64,000 bases of DNA from a bacterium (GTDB lineage: Bacteria; Patescibacteriota; Microgenomatia; Curtissbacterales; GWA2-41-24): assembly GCA_021813945.1 (NCBI GenBank), contig JAKAJD010000003.1, forward strand, positions 45,193-109,192, written 5' to 3'. A model generated the notes under the pieces. That model saw nothing but the letters and a program-made list of their open reading frames with translations. It was not told the DNA's origin and did no database searches. Both the position numbers and the translations under genes were made by a program. The stretch's first letter is position 1. Every line of letters starts with the position of its first letter. Positions 9,979-18,856 of the stretch are shown piece by piece.

Positions 9979-10917
9979 ATGGAAGATGTAAGAAATGTTG
10001 CAATTGTCGGGTCCGGTCCGGCGGGTTTAACAGCTGCTATTTATCTTTCAAGAGCTGATCTTAAACCGTTGGTTTTTGCCGGTGTTCCTTGGGGCGGCCA
10101 GTTAATGCTAACAACGGATGTCGAAAATTATCCCGGTTTTGTTGATGGGATCTTGGGCCCGGATTTGATGGATAAATTCAGAAAACAGGCAGAACGTTTT
10201 GGGGCGGAAATCATAAATGAAAACGTATCGGCAGTCGATTTTAAGAAAAAACCTTTTAAGATAACTGCCGATGGGAAAGATTATTTGGTTAAGTCTGTGC
10301 TTATCGCGACAGGTGCGGAAACAAAATGGCTGGGGCTTCCCAATGAACAAAGGCTAATCGGTCACGGAGTTTCTTCTTGTGCTCCCTGCGATGCGTTTTT
10401 CTTTCGCGACAAAAAAGTGGTTGTTGTTGGAGGCGGGGACAGCGCGATGGAGGAAGCGCTGGTGCTTTCAAAATTTGCAACCGAGGTGACAATAATCCAC
10501 AGGCGAGACGAATTTAGAGCATCAAAGATAATGGCAGACCGTGCTAAAGCTAATTCCAAAATCAAATTTCTTTTAAATAGCGAGATTGTGGATGTTTTGG
10601 GAAAAGATAAACTTGAGGGGGTTAAGGTAAAAAATAAAGACGGATCGACCCAGGATTTAGCTGTTGATGGTATGTTTTTGGCGATTGGTCATTTGCCTGT
10701 TACCGGAGTTTTCAAAGGGCAAATTGAACTGGATGAGAAAGACTATATTGTCAGGAAGACTTTCGGTAGTGGTCCACAGTCGTTTAAGATGGCAACTTCT
10801 GTTGAAGGAGTTTTTGTGGCGGGAGATGTGCACGATGTAAGTTACAAACAGGCGGTTACCGCTGCAGGATATGGTTGTCAGGCAGCTTTAGAAGTTGAAC
10901 GCTGGCTCGAGATGTAG
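9979..10917 (+). CDS. trxB: Thioredoxin-disulfide reductase
   Basis: FAD-binding 'VAIVGSGPAG', the redox-active 'CAPCD' motif, and the NADPH site 'VVVVGGGDSAMEEA'. Start chosen at MEDVRNV (the ORF track starts it 36 nt upstream). Confidence 0.9.
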   Translation: MEDVRNVAIVGSGPAGLTAAIYLSRADLKPLVFAGVPWGGQLMLTTDVENYPGFVDGILGPDLMDKFRKQAERFGAEIINENVSAVDFKKKPFKITADGKDYLVKSVLIATGAETKWLGLPNEQRLIGHGVSSCAPCDAFFFRDKKVVVVGGGDSAMEEALVLSKFATEVTIIHRRDEFRASKIMADRAKANSKIKFLLNSEIVDVLGKDKLEGVKVKNKDGSTQDLAVDGMFLAIGHLPVTGVFKGQIELDEKDYIVRKTFGSGPQSFKMATSVEGVFVAGDVHDVSYKQAVTAAGYGCQAALEVERWLEM

Positions 10918-10919
10918 GC

Positions 10920-10969
10920 TTGACTTTAAGGCTATTTTCCCCTAAACTACTACTTTCTAACTAGTAGTT
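10920..10969 (+). promoter_or_regulatory. Candidate sigma70 promoter (TTGACT-17-TAAACT) overlapping a 9-bp inverted repeat that abuts the rrf2 start codon (putative autoregulatory operator)
   Basis: TTGACT at 10920; the inverted repeat AACTACTAC-N7-TAGTAGTT at 10944-10969 ends exactly at the ATG at 10970. Confidence 0.35.
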
Positions 10970-11356
10970 ATGTTCAGACTTTCGCAAAAATCAGATTACG
11001 GCTTAATGCTTCTTTTTGCTTTGAAAAAGGCAACCAGTAAGCCAGTTTCCATATCCCAAGTTGCCAAAAAAAACAAAATTTCTGCCAAATTTTTAGCTCA
11101 AGTTGCCAACGAGTTGAAAAAAGCAGGAATTGTGGCCTCAAAAGAAGGTGTAAACGGTGGTTATACCCTTGCAAAACCAGCTAAAGAGATAAAAGTTTTG
11201 GATGTTTTAACCGTTTTGGATGGGGGACTCGTGAAAGGTGAATGTTTTGAGGATGGCCATGAGTGCAATTGTGGAGCACGAGATATTTGGCTTTCGATGA
11301 AAGAACAAATGGAGGAGGTAGTCGGCAAAAAAACCGTCGCCGATCTTGTGCTCTAA
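10970..11356 (+). CDS. Rrf2 family transcriptional regulator (IscR/SufR-like, with Cys ligands)
   Basis: 'MFRLSQKSDYGLMLLFALKK' Rrf2 wHTH N-terminus. C-terminal Cys cluster (CFEDGHECNCG) consistent with Fe-S sensing. It heads the SUF operon. Confidence 0.85.
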   Translation: MFRLSQKSDYGLMLLFALKKATSKPVSISQVAKKNKISAKFLAQVANELKKAGIVASKEGVNGGYTLAKPAKEIKVLDVLTVLDGGLVKGECFEDGHECNCGARDIWLSMKEQMEEVVGKKTVADLVL

Positions 11357-11839
11357 ATGGTAAATGAAGCAGATATGCGCAAATGGGTGAATGACGCAAC
11401 AGAGGGGATTATTGATGAGCAAATGGGGTACTCTGCCATAGAGGATGTTGCAAAAGATGTTGCAACACGTGTCGTGCCAAGGTTGGCTAGAGAAGCGGCA
11501 GCCAGAGGTACTGACGGTAACAATACTGACAGCCTGTTAGCTGTTAAGTTACTTATCAGAAACGGAGCCATAGGGGTTGCAGTCGATTCAACTGAGCGTG
11601 AAGCAGCCGGTCTAGATAAAGATATAAGATTGGATAAACAGCCAGTTGCCCAAACAGATACCCAAAGACAAGGTTTTGCACTTGCAATAGTAATCAATCC
11701 AACCGTGGCCAATAAACTGACTTTGAGCGATGATCATGATCTAGCTGTAGGGCGAGTGAGAGATGTGATGCTGGAAGCTTATGATGCATTTTCCCAATTA
11801 ACCAAAAAAGGAGAGTTTATTCCTCATTACGAAATATGA
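11357..11839 (+). CDS. Hypothetical protein (160 aa), acidic, no recognisable domain
   Basis: Starts the base after the rrf2 stop and ends in an ATGA overlap with the next gene. Codon usage differs from the flanking suf genes. Confidence 0.45.
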   Translation: MVNEADMRKWVNDATEGIIDEQMGYSAIEDVAKDVATRVVPRLAREAAARGTDGNNTDSLLAVKLLIRNGAIGVAVDSTEREAAGLDKDIRLDKQPVAQTDTQRQGFALAIVINPTVANKLTLSDDHDLAVGRVRDVMLEAYDAFSQLTKKGEFIPHYEI

Positions 11840-12258
11840 AGTATTGGATTTTGGTAACACACCCTAAAAATTTTGAAGTTATGAAAGTGAAGAACATCGC
11901 GGCAATGAAGGAAAAACGGAAAAGCTACGCGCTTTCCGTTGAGCCAGGCGATAAAGTAGTGTTTTATCTGACAAAAATCGGCAAGTTTGGTGGAGCAGCG
12001 GAATTTGCAACAAGGGCAAGAAATGAAACTTCAAAGATTTTTCCGGAAGAAAAGGTTGGGGAAACGCATCCATGGCGGTTCGACGTTAAATTCGAAGTCA
12101 AACTCGACGAAAAAGGGTATGTACCTAGCGAAAATTTTAAGGATAAACTGGAATATCTCAAAAAATGGCCTGCAAAATATTGGAAATTGGGCTTTCAAGG
12201 GAATGTGCACGAAATTGGTAAGGAAGATTGGGAAACACTATTGAAAGGAATGAAATAA
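11836..12258 (+). CDS. EVE/PUA-like domain protein
   Basis: 140 aa. 'MKYWILVTHP...GDKVVFYLTK...G...W' fits the EVE (DUF55) pattern YWL...GD.V.FY. Confidence 0.5.
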   Translation: MKYWILVTHPKNFEVMKVKNIAAMKEKRKSYALSVEPGDKVVFYLTKIGKFGGAAEFATRARNETSKIFPEEKVGETHPWRFDVKFEVKLDEKGYVPSENFKDKLEYLKKWPAKYWKLGFQGNVHEIGKEDWETLLKGMK

Positions 12259-12498
12259 ATGGGAAAAGAAATGGGAGGTCATTTCGGGATAAAGGGAGTG
12301 ATAGAATTTGTCAGAAGAAAGTTTGAAAGGGTAAATCCGGTTGCTGCCTCTCTTGAAGGTCCCGAATTGACAGCTGATGAGAAAGAAGAGCAACACCTCG
12401 TAAGTTTGCCGGGTACAAAGAGGCATGCTGATGCTGCACGGGGAGATATACCATTTGATGATTTAGCAGAACATAGAAAAAGGAGAGGTTTGAAATAA
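12259..12498 (+). CDS. Hypothetical small protein (79 aa)
   Basis: ATG immediately after the EVE stop codon (translational coupling). No homology recognised. Confidence 0.35.
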   Translation: MGKEMGGHFGIKGVIEFVRRKFERVNPVAASLEGPELTADEKEEQHLVSLPGTKRHADAARGDIPFDDLAEHRKRRGLK

Positions 12499-12510
12499 GG
12501 AGGTGATTTT

Positions 12511-12753
12511 ATGGTCAGGAGTAATGGACTTAATTCGAGACTAATTAGCCAGCGTAGAGAGAGAGGCGGTACGCGAGTGATGCCTACTCCAAGATTCGAT
12601 CAGGAGGGTGGAGGTTCTAGTTCAGATGTGCAAATTATTGAGGTCAATTTAGGCGAAGTCCTTAAGGTGGTTGCAAAAACTGCACCCGAAAAAATTATAG
12701 AAAATTATGGTGTGGGCGAAAGGGAACTGACTAAGCCCCGAAGGGAGAGATGA
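12511..12753 (+). CDS. Hypothetical small protein (80 aa)
   Basis: Strong RBS GGAGGTG 7 nt upstream of the ATG. Confidence 0.4.
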   Translation: MVRSNGLNSRLISQRRERGGTRVMPTPRFDQEGGGSSSDVQIIEVNLGEVLKVVAKTAPEKIIENYGVGERELTKPRRER

Positions 12754-12756
12754 TAG

Positions 12757-12987
12757 ATGGCTCGGGAACAATTTATTGGTCAAGGAATTACAGTTGCAAA
12801 TGCCGTTGGTGAACGGTTTTTTGATGCTGCATCTAAAGTATCCGATTTTGCCAGGGAAGACACTACAAGGTCAGTGGCAGCTGCAGTAGCGTTCGTGGTT
12901 GTTTTTGGAGCGGTTGCGGCAAGTACGGCAATTACAGGAAGGGAGAATGGTCAGGATGAACCTACAAATAAAAGGCCTCAAAGTTAA
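12757..12987 (+). CDS. Hypothetical small membrane protein (76 aa, one TM)
   Basis: Hydrophobic stretch 'AAAVAFVVVFGAVAASTAI'. Its 3' end overlaps the sufC start. Confidence 0.35.
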   Translation: MAREQFIGQGITVANAVGERFFDAASKVSDFAREDTTRSVAAAVAFVVVFGAVAASTAITGRENGQDEPTNKRPQS

Positions 12988-13732
12988 AGCTGGAGACAGC
13001 CAAATTCTAAAGGGTGTTGACCTTAAGATTGGTGCCGGCGAAGTGCATGTAGTGATGGGGCCAAATGGGTCTGGGAAGTCGACACTGGCGCAGGTTATTG
13101 CGGGGCATCCTTTCTATAAAATCTCCGGTGGAACAATTTCTGTTGATCGCAAGACTATCAATAAATTAAGTGCAGATAAAAGGGCAAAACTTGGGATATT
13201 TCTGGGTTTCCAGAATCCTGTAGAGATTCCGGGAGTTTCTGTTTTTAATGTGTTAAGAAAGGCAGGTCAAGCAAAAGGCCAGGCCTTTTCCAAGGGTGAT
13301 TCAAAGCTAAGGCCTGGCCTTAACTTAGGGAACTTTCGTAATCAACTTCTTGAATACGCGTCTTCCTTGAAACTTTCTCCGGACCATATTTCCCGTTCGT
13401 TTAATGAAGGTTTTTCCGGTGGGGAGAAAAAGAGGAATGAAATTTTGCAGATGCTGGCCCTTTCGCCAAAATTGGTGATTTTGGATGAAATTGACAGCGG
13501 ATTGGATGTGGATGGATTAAAGGTTGTTGCTCAGGCAATTGCGAAATTCCATAAGAAAAATCCAAAATCATCGATCGTTTTGATTACGCATTACGCTCGA
13601 ATACTTAAATATTTGAGAGCAGATTATGTGCATGTGATGATAGACGGGAAAATTGTCAAATCCGGAAAACAAAAACTGGCGAGTGATATTGAAGATAAAG
13701 GTTACGAGAAATGGCAGACGCAATCCCTGTAA
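12956..13732 (+). CDS. sufC: Fe-S cluster assembly ATPase SufC
   Basis: Walker A 'GPNGSGKST', ABC signature 'FSGGEKKR', Walker B '[12 protein letters not shown]'. Start set at MNLQIKG, which has an upstream GGGAGA RBS. Confidence 0.9.
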   Translation: MNLQIKGLKVKAGDSQILKGVDLKIGAGEVHVVMGPNGSGKSTLAQVIAGHPFYKISGGTISVDRKTINKLSADKRAKLGIFLGFQNPVEIPGVSVFNVLRKAGQAKGQAFSKGDSKLRPGLNLGNFRNQLLEYASSLKLSPDHISRSFNEGFSGGEKKRNEILQMLALSPKLVILDEIDSGLDVDGLKVVAQAIAKFHKKNPKSSIVLITHYARILKYLRADYVHVMIDGKIVKSGKQKLASDIEDKGYEKWQTQSL

Positions 13733-15105
13733 ATGATTATAAATACGGCTTTTCGAAGCCGGAGAATTATGTTTTTAAGGCCAAGCGCGGTTTGGATCGG
13801 AGTGTCGTGGAGCAGATTAGTTCTATGAAGAGTGAACCCGACTGGATGAGGGTACTGAGAATCAAAGCGCTTGAGATTTTTGGAAAGAAAAAGATGCCGG
13901 CGTGGGGAGCGGATCTAACTTCAATCAACTTTGACAACATTTTCTACTACATAAAGCCGACGGATAACCAAAAAAGCGACTGGCGGGATCTACCGAAGGA
14001 AATAAAGGATACTTACGATGCCATTGGAATTCCGGAGGCGGAAAGAAATCTTTTGGCTGGGGTTACGGCGCAGTACGAAAGCGAGGCGGTTTACCATTCT
14101 TTCCAAAAGAAGTGGGAGGAAATGGGCGTTATTTTTTGCGATATGGACACGGCGCTTGCCAAATATCCGGACATTGTTAAATCTTATTTTGGAAAAAGCA
14201 TTCCTGCGGCGGACAATAAATTTGCGGCGCTAAATTCGGCGGTTTGGAGTGGCGGATCTTTCATTTATGTTCCCAAGGGAGTCAAAGTGGACATTCCGCT
14301 TCAAGCATATTTTAGGATCAATGCTGCCAATATGGGGCAGTTTGAAAGAACACTAATTATTGTGGATGAAGGCGCGTATGTGCATTATGTCGAAGGTTGT
14401 ACGGCACCTGTTTATTCAACGGATTCGCTGCATGCGGCGGTTGTTGAGATTTTTGTCAAAAAGGGCGCGCGCTGCAGGTACACAACTATCCAAAATTGGA
14501 GTAATAACGTTTATAACCTGGTGACCAAGCGGGCGTTTGTTAGTGAAGACGGCGTGATGGAATGGGTGGACGGCAATTTGGGAAGCAAGATTACGATGAA
14601 ATATCCGAGTTGTTATCTGGTTGGGCGCGGGGCGAGGGGAGAAATTTTATCTTTGGCTCTTGCCGGGAGCGGACAGCATCAGGACGCGGGCGGAAAGCTG
14701 ATGTTTCTGGCGCCGGATACAAGCGGGGAGATAATATCAAAATCAGTTAGCGTTGGAACGGGAAGGACGAGTTATCGGGGACTGGTCAAGATTATTAAAA
14801 ATGCAGAAAGGGTGAAGTGTAATGTGCGCTGCGATGCTTTGATTATTGATGAAGAAAGCCGATCCGATACTTATCCAACAATGGAAGTTGCGGAAGACAA
14901 TGTGCAGATTGGCCATGAGGCGTCGGTTTCCAGAATCGGTGAGGAACAACTGTTCTATTTGATGAGTCGAGGACTTTCGGAAGCGGATGCGACATCCTTA
15001 ATTGTAAACGGTTTTATCGAGCCGATTGTCAAAGAACTTCCATTGGAATATGCAGTGGAACTAAATCGGCTAATAAATATGAGTATGGAAGGAAGTGTAG
15101 GGTGA
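13711..15105 (+). CDS. sufB: Fe-S cluster assembly protein SufB
   Basis: 464 aa with conserved SufB blocks ('DTALAKYPD', '[27 protein letters not shown]', '[11 protein letters not shown]'). Overlaps sufC by 22 nt. Confidence 0.9.
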   Translation: MADAIPVNDYKYGFSKPENYVFKAKRGLDRSVVEQISSMKSEPDWMRVLRIKALEIFGKKKMPAWGADLTSINFDNIFYYIKPTDNQKSDWRDLPKEIKDTYDAIGIPEAERNLLAGVTAQYESEAVYHSFQKKWEEMGVIFCDMDTALAKYPDIVKSYFGKSIPAADNKFAALNSAVWSGGSFIYVPKGVKVDIPLQAYFRINAANMGQFERTLIIVDEGAYVHYVEGCTAPVYSTDSLHAAVVEIFVKKGARCRYTTIQNWSNNVYNLVTKRAFVSEDGVMEWVDGNLGSKITMKYPSCYLVGRGARGEILSLALAGSGQHQDAGGKLMFLAPDTSGEIISKSVSVGTGRTSYRGLVKIIKNAERVKCNVRCDALIIDEESRSDTYPTMEVAEDNVQIGHEASVSRIGEEQLFYLMSRGLSEADATSLIVNGFIEPIVKELPLEYAVELNRLINMSMEGSVG

Positions 15106-15767
15106 GAAGATTAATATATTTGCCAGATTTACATAGACCGTCCGAAACTGAAGTAGAGCCCATATTACCGAATGCCTTGAAAGAAGAGTTAGACGAACGG
15201 TCAAAGAGGATATGGAAATTAATTGCTGATCATGTAGATGCCTCTAATTTAGATTTTTCAAGAGTACGTGTTTATTTTGAGTCAGTTTCAGAAGAAGATG
15301 TCAGACTAATTTCGGAAACAGGTGCCCTAGTAACTGAGGACCCAGGCCCTGAACATTTATTGTTAGAGGAGCTTCATAAAAAGGGAGCCGTTATTGAGGC
15401 TTCTGAGGATCCAGCAATCTATGAGAGGCAAACTGCTTTGCAGAGAGTCATTGTGGATGCTATTAAAGGGTATGGTGGTGAAGCATCAGAGGATGAAAAA
15501 TTAAACGTTCTTTTTGAACGTCATGACCGGATAGACTTGGAAAGAGATAGAGCAGTAGCTGCAATAATTAACAGAACCTTAACTGATGCAGAGGTCGGAA
15601 TACTTTTCTTTGGTGCTGGCCATAATATATTGGCATTTCTAGACCCTGATATCACAATAGAAGTTTCCCAGGAGTTACTTGCTGAGATTGGCAGGTGTGA
15701 GCTGGATTATGAACAGCGTTTTCCTCATTTGGAGTCCTTGAGAACAGGAAAGGAAGCGATTATTTAA
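15102..15767 (+). CDS. Hypothetical protein (221 aa) inserted between sufB and sufD
   Basis: GTG start overlapping the sufB stop (GTGA). Acidic, no SUF-family motif recognised; codon usage is more A-ending than sufB and sufD. Confidence 0.45.
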   Translation: MRRLIYLPDLHRPSETEVEPILPNALKEELDERSKRIWKLIADHVDASNLDFSRVRVYFESVSEEDVRLISETGALVTEDPGPEHLLLEELHKKGAVIEASEDPAIYERQTALQRVIVDAIKGYGGEASEDEKLNVLFERHDRIDLERDRAVAAIINRTLTDAEVGILFFGAGHNILAFLDPDITIEVSQELLAEIGRCELDYEQRFPHLESLRTGKEAII

Positions 15768-15771
15768 AAAA

Positions 15772-16302
15772 ATGAAGCTGATTGTTTTGAAAAAAGGAGA
15801 AAAGAAGGTGATTCCGGCGTTGCTGGAGGATTCGCAAAAAAGGATCGATGTTGATTTGGTTGGTGACGGAGCGGAAGTTGAGATTGTTGGTTTGGTTTTG
15901 GGAAAAGATGCTGATGATAAAGCGATGGAGGTTTTTATTACGCATTCGGCTCCGAGGACAAAATCTAAAGTAAATGTGCGGGCGGTTTTGAGGAACAAAT
16001 CGACTTTCGCGTTCCGAGGTAATGTAAAAATCGAAAAAGGGGCAAAAGGGGCGGATGCGTATTTAAGGTCCGACGTTCTTTTATTTGATGAAGCGAAAAT
16101 GGGTGATGACACGCCGGCTTTGGAAATTTTGGAGCGGGATGTAAAGGCAGGTCATGCAGCAACGGTTGGGAAGGTCGATGAGCAAATGCTTTTCTATCTG
16201 ATGAGTCGTGGTTTAGCGCGAAAACAGGCGGAGAAATTGTTGATTGAGGGGTTTGTTAATCCAATTCGAGATAAAATGAAGGAGTTAAATGGCCAAGATT
16301 AA
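15772..16302 (+). CDS. sufD: Short SufD-like protein (C-terminal beta-helix/helical part only)
   Basis: 176 aa. '[56 protein letters not shown]' matches the conserved SufD C-terminus; the N-terminal half of canonical SufD (about 430 aa) is absent. Confidence 0.7.
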   Translation: MKLIVLKKGEKKVIPALLEDSQKRIDVDLVGDGAEVEIVGLVLGKDADDKAMEVFITHSAPRTKSKVNVRAVLRNKSTFAFRGNVKIEKGAKGADAYLRSDVLLFDEAKMGDDTPALEILERDVKAGHAATVGKVDEQMLFYLMSRGLARKQAEKLLIEGFVNPIRDKMKELNGQD

Positions 16303-16600
16303 AGTTTGCGAATATAAAGAGGTGCCAGAAGGTGATATGAAAAAGTTCATGCCTAAGGGCATTCCAATTGCTATCTATAAACTTTCCGGCCAGGTTTATG
16401 CGACTTCTGATATGTGTAATTACGACGGTTCTTTTTTGGACGAAAACCATAAGATGCACAATTATATGGTCGAGTGTACTATCCATAACGAGCAATGGGA
16501 TATAAGAACCGGTGAGGTTGTTCTGCCACCTGCCACAGAAAAGCTAAAGACTTATAAGGCTGAGATAGTTGGAGAGGACATTTATGTCGATCTTGTTTAA
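16289..16600 (+). CDS. Rieske-like ferredoxin paralog with a degenerate first ligand box
   Basis: 103 aa. Box 2 'CTIH' is intact, but box 1 reads 'CNY' (His missing). The C-terminal 'WDIRTGEVVLPPA' is shared with the next gene. Confidence 0.5.
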   Translation: MAKIKVCEYKEVPEGDMKKFMPKGIPIAIYKLSGQVYATSDMCNYDGSFLDENHKMHNYMVECTIHNEQWDIRTGEVVLPPATEKLKTYKAEIVGEDIYVDLV

Positions 16601-16605
16601 ATGAG

Positions 16606-16923
16606 GTGACAATGGCGAAATTTAAGTTATCTAAAGGTGATGTTGAAAAAGGAAAGGTTAAGGCTGTAAAAGTCGGCCAGGAAGAAGTGGCTGTTTATCA
16701 CACAGAAGCCGATGAATGGTTTGCGACAAGCGATATTTGTACTCACGAACAGTGCAATTTGAGTTACGAGGGAGGAAAATTGCAGGGCCATGAAATCGAA
16801 TGTGATTGCCACGGTTCTAAATTCGATATTCGGACTGGTGCAGTTATTCTGCCTCCGGCAATGGAACCACTAAAAACCTTTAAAGTCCAAACAGAAGGGG
16901 AAAATGTACTCATTGAAGAGTAA
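16606..16923 (+). CDS. Rieske [2Fe-2S] ferredoxin
   Basis: 105 aa. Canonical CxH...CxxH boxes ('CTHEQC' and 'CDCH') followed by 'FDIRTGAVILPPA'. Confidence 0.75.
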   Translation: MTMAKFKLSKGDVEKGKVKAVKVGQEEVAVYHTEADEWFATSDICTHEQCNLSYEGGKLQGHEIECDCHGSKFDIRTGAVILPPAMEPLKTFKVQTEGENVLIEE

Positions 16924-16931
16924 AAGCCAAT

Positions 16932-18152
16932 ATGAAGGTTATAAAAGCGGATTTTCCGATTCTTGATAAGAAGGTTAATGGACGAAATTTGGTTTATCTG
17001 GACAGCGCGGCAACTTCTCAAAAGCCGAAACAGGTAATTGATGCCATTTCCGATTATTATCGAAATAACAATGCGAATGTGCATCGGGGAATTCACACAT
17101 TGTCTGTTGAGGCCACGGAGGCCTATGAAGGTGCAAGAAAAAAGGTTGCAGGATTTGTTGGAGTTAAAGATTCTTCTGAGATTGTATTTGTTCGGAATGC
17201 GACGGAGGCAATCAATTTAGTGGCGTATTCCTGGGGTAGATTAAATATCGAAAAAGGAGATGAGGTTGTGGTGACGGTTGCCGAACATCACAGCAATTTT
17301 GTGCCGTGGCAGCAGCTGGCAATCGAGAACGGAGCAACACTAAAAATCGTTCCTATTGATAGTGATGGAGAGTTGGATATAGAAGCCTTTGAAAAAGCAA
17401 TTTCTTCTAAAACAAAATTAGTAGCGTTTTTCCATGTAAGTAATGTTCTTGGGACGATTAATGACGTTAAGCGACTATCGACTATTGTCAATCGAAAATC
17501 GAAAGCCAGGATTTTAATTGATGGGGCACAAGCTGTACCGCATATGCCAGTGGATATTTCCAAAATCGGCTGTGATTTTTATGTTTTTACGGGCCATAAA
17601 ATGCTTGGGCCGACGGGAATTGGTGTTTTGTGGACCAGACGGGAACTTCTTTCGCAAATGCCACCTTTTTTATTTGGTGGGGAAATGATCTCGAAGGTGC
17701 AGTTAGCCAAATCAACATGGAATGAGTTGCCGTGGAAGTTTGAAGCTGGAACGCCGGACATTGCCGGTGCAGTTGGCTTAGGAGCAGCAGTCGACTATTT
17801 GTCGAAAATTGGGATGGAAAATGTCAGGAAGCATGAAATCGAGCTTGTTGAGTATGCAGTAAAAAGGCTATCTAAGATAAAAGATGTGCAGATAATTGGA
17901 TCTTTGGATCCTAAAAAAAGAGGCGGGGTGGTAGCTTTTAATGTCGATGATATCCATGCACACGATGTGGCTTCTATTTTGGATTCAGAGGGAATTGCAA
18001 TTAGATCCGGTCACCATTGTGCGCAGCCTTTAATGGAGTATTTAGGCATAAAATCGGCTGCCAGGGCTTCCTTCTATATATATAATGACAAGTCGGATGT
18101 AGACAAGCTGGTTGAGGGAATTGAGAAAGTGAGAAAGGTTTTCAAGAGATGA
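16932..18152 (+). CDS. sufS: Cysteine desulfurase SufS
   Basis: 406 aa. PLP-Lys region 'FTGHKMLGPTGIGVLW' and the active-site Cys loop 'RSGHHCAQPL'. Confidence 0.9.
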   Translation: MKVIKADFPILDKKVNGRNLVYLDSAATSQKPKQVIDAISDYYRNNNANVHRGIHTLSVEATEAYEGARKKVAGFVGVKDSSEIVFVRNATEAINLVAYSWGRLNIEKGDEVVVTVAEHHSNFVPWQQLAIENGATLKIVPIDSDGELDIEAFEKAISSKTKLVAFFHVSNVLGTINDVKRLSTIVNRKSKARILIDGAQAVPHMPVDISKIGCDFYVFTGHKMLGPTGIGVLWTRRELLSQMPPFLFGGEMISKVQLAKSTWNELPWKFEAGTPDIAGAVGLGAAVDYLSKIGMENVRKHEIELVEYAVKRLSKIKDVQIIGSLDPKKRGGVVAFNVDDIHAHDVASILDSEGIAIRSGHHCAQPLMEYLGIKSAARASFYIYNDKSDVDKLVEGIEKVRKVFKR

Positions 18153-18520
18153 CGAACGATTTATATTACCGCGAGCGAATATTAGAGCATTGGCAAAATC
18201 CGCAGAATTTTGGGGTGATTTCTGATGCCGATTTGGTGATTGATCAAGTTAATCCGCTATGTGGAGACGAAGTGACCTTTTACTTCAAGATCAATAGCGG
18301 GAAGATAAAGGACGTAGCGTTTTCTGGGTCGGGCTGTGCTATATCTATTGCATCTGCTTCGATTTTGTCGGAAAATATCCGGAACAAGAAAGTTTCAACG
18401 CTTTGCCGAATAACAGGGGAGGATGTTTTGAAGCTTTTAGGCGGACCGGTTGCGCCGGCAAGGTTGAAATGCGCATTTTTAGCACTGGAAGTTATCAGGA
18501 GAATCAATGGCAATAGCTAA
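18149..18520 (+). CDS. sufU: SufU/IscU-like sulfur-acceptor scaffold
   Basis: 123 aa. 'NPLCGDEVTF', 'GSGCAISIASAS' and the C-terminal 'ARLKCAFLALEV' Cys ligands. ATGA overlap with sufS. Confidence 0.85.
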   Translation: MTNDLYYRERILEHWQNPQNFGVISDADLVIDQVNPLCGDEVTFYFKINSGKIKDVAFSGSGCAISIASASILSENIRNKKVSTLCRITGEDVLKLLGGPVAPARLKCAFLALEVIRRINGNS

Positions 18521-18525
18521 AAAAA

Positions 18526-18581
18526 ATATCAGCAGGTTGCCTCGGCACCTTTCAGTCATGCCGATGGCGCTCCTCTGATAT
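18526..18581 (+). repeat. Conserved structured intergenic element (copy 2 of 3): outer inverted repeat ATATCAG/CTGATAT enclosing the hairpin CGGCA-CCTTTCAG-TCA-TGCCG
   Basis: Core hairpin at 18543-18563. The 3' flank GGCGCTCCTCTGATAT is nearly identical to 29086-29105. A T-rich tract follows, so it may also act as the sufU terminator. Confidence 0.5.
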
Positions 18582-18592
18582 TTTAAATTTTT

Positions 18593-18817
18593 ATGACTAA
18601 AAAATATAAAATAACGATTGATAGAAACCTTTGTATAGGTGCTGCGTCTTGTGTTGCGTTGGCAATGAAGACGTTTGAGCTGGATTCTGAAAATAAGGCG
18701 ATTATTATAGACGAGGCGGGGGATGAGGCAGAAACTATCAAGCTTGCCGCAGAATCTTGCCCGACAAAGGCAATAATTCTGGAAAACATCGAAACTGGTG
18801 AGCAGGAATACCCCTGA
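18593..18817 (+). CDS. Small 4Fe-4S ferredoxin (mono-cluster type)
   Basis: 74 aa. 'CIGAASCVALA...' and 'AAESCP' Cys spacing as in single-cluster ferredoxins. Confidence 0.65.
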   Translation: MTKKYKITIDRNLCIGAASCVALAMKTFELDSENKAIIIDEAGDEAETIKLAAESCPTKAIILENIETGEQEYP

Positions 18818-18856
18818 TAAAGTCAAAAGTTTCAAATAAGCTGTTAAAATAGGCTC

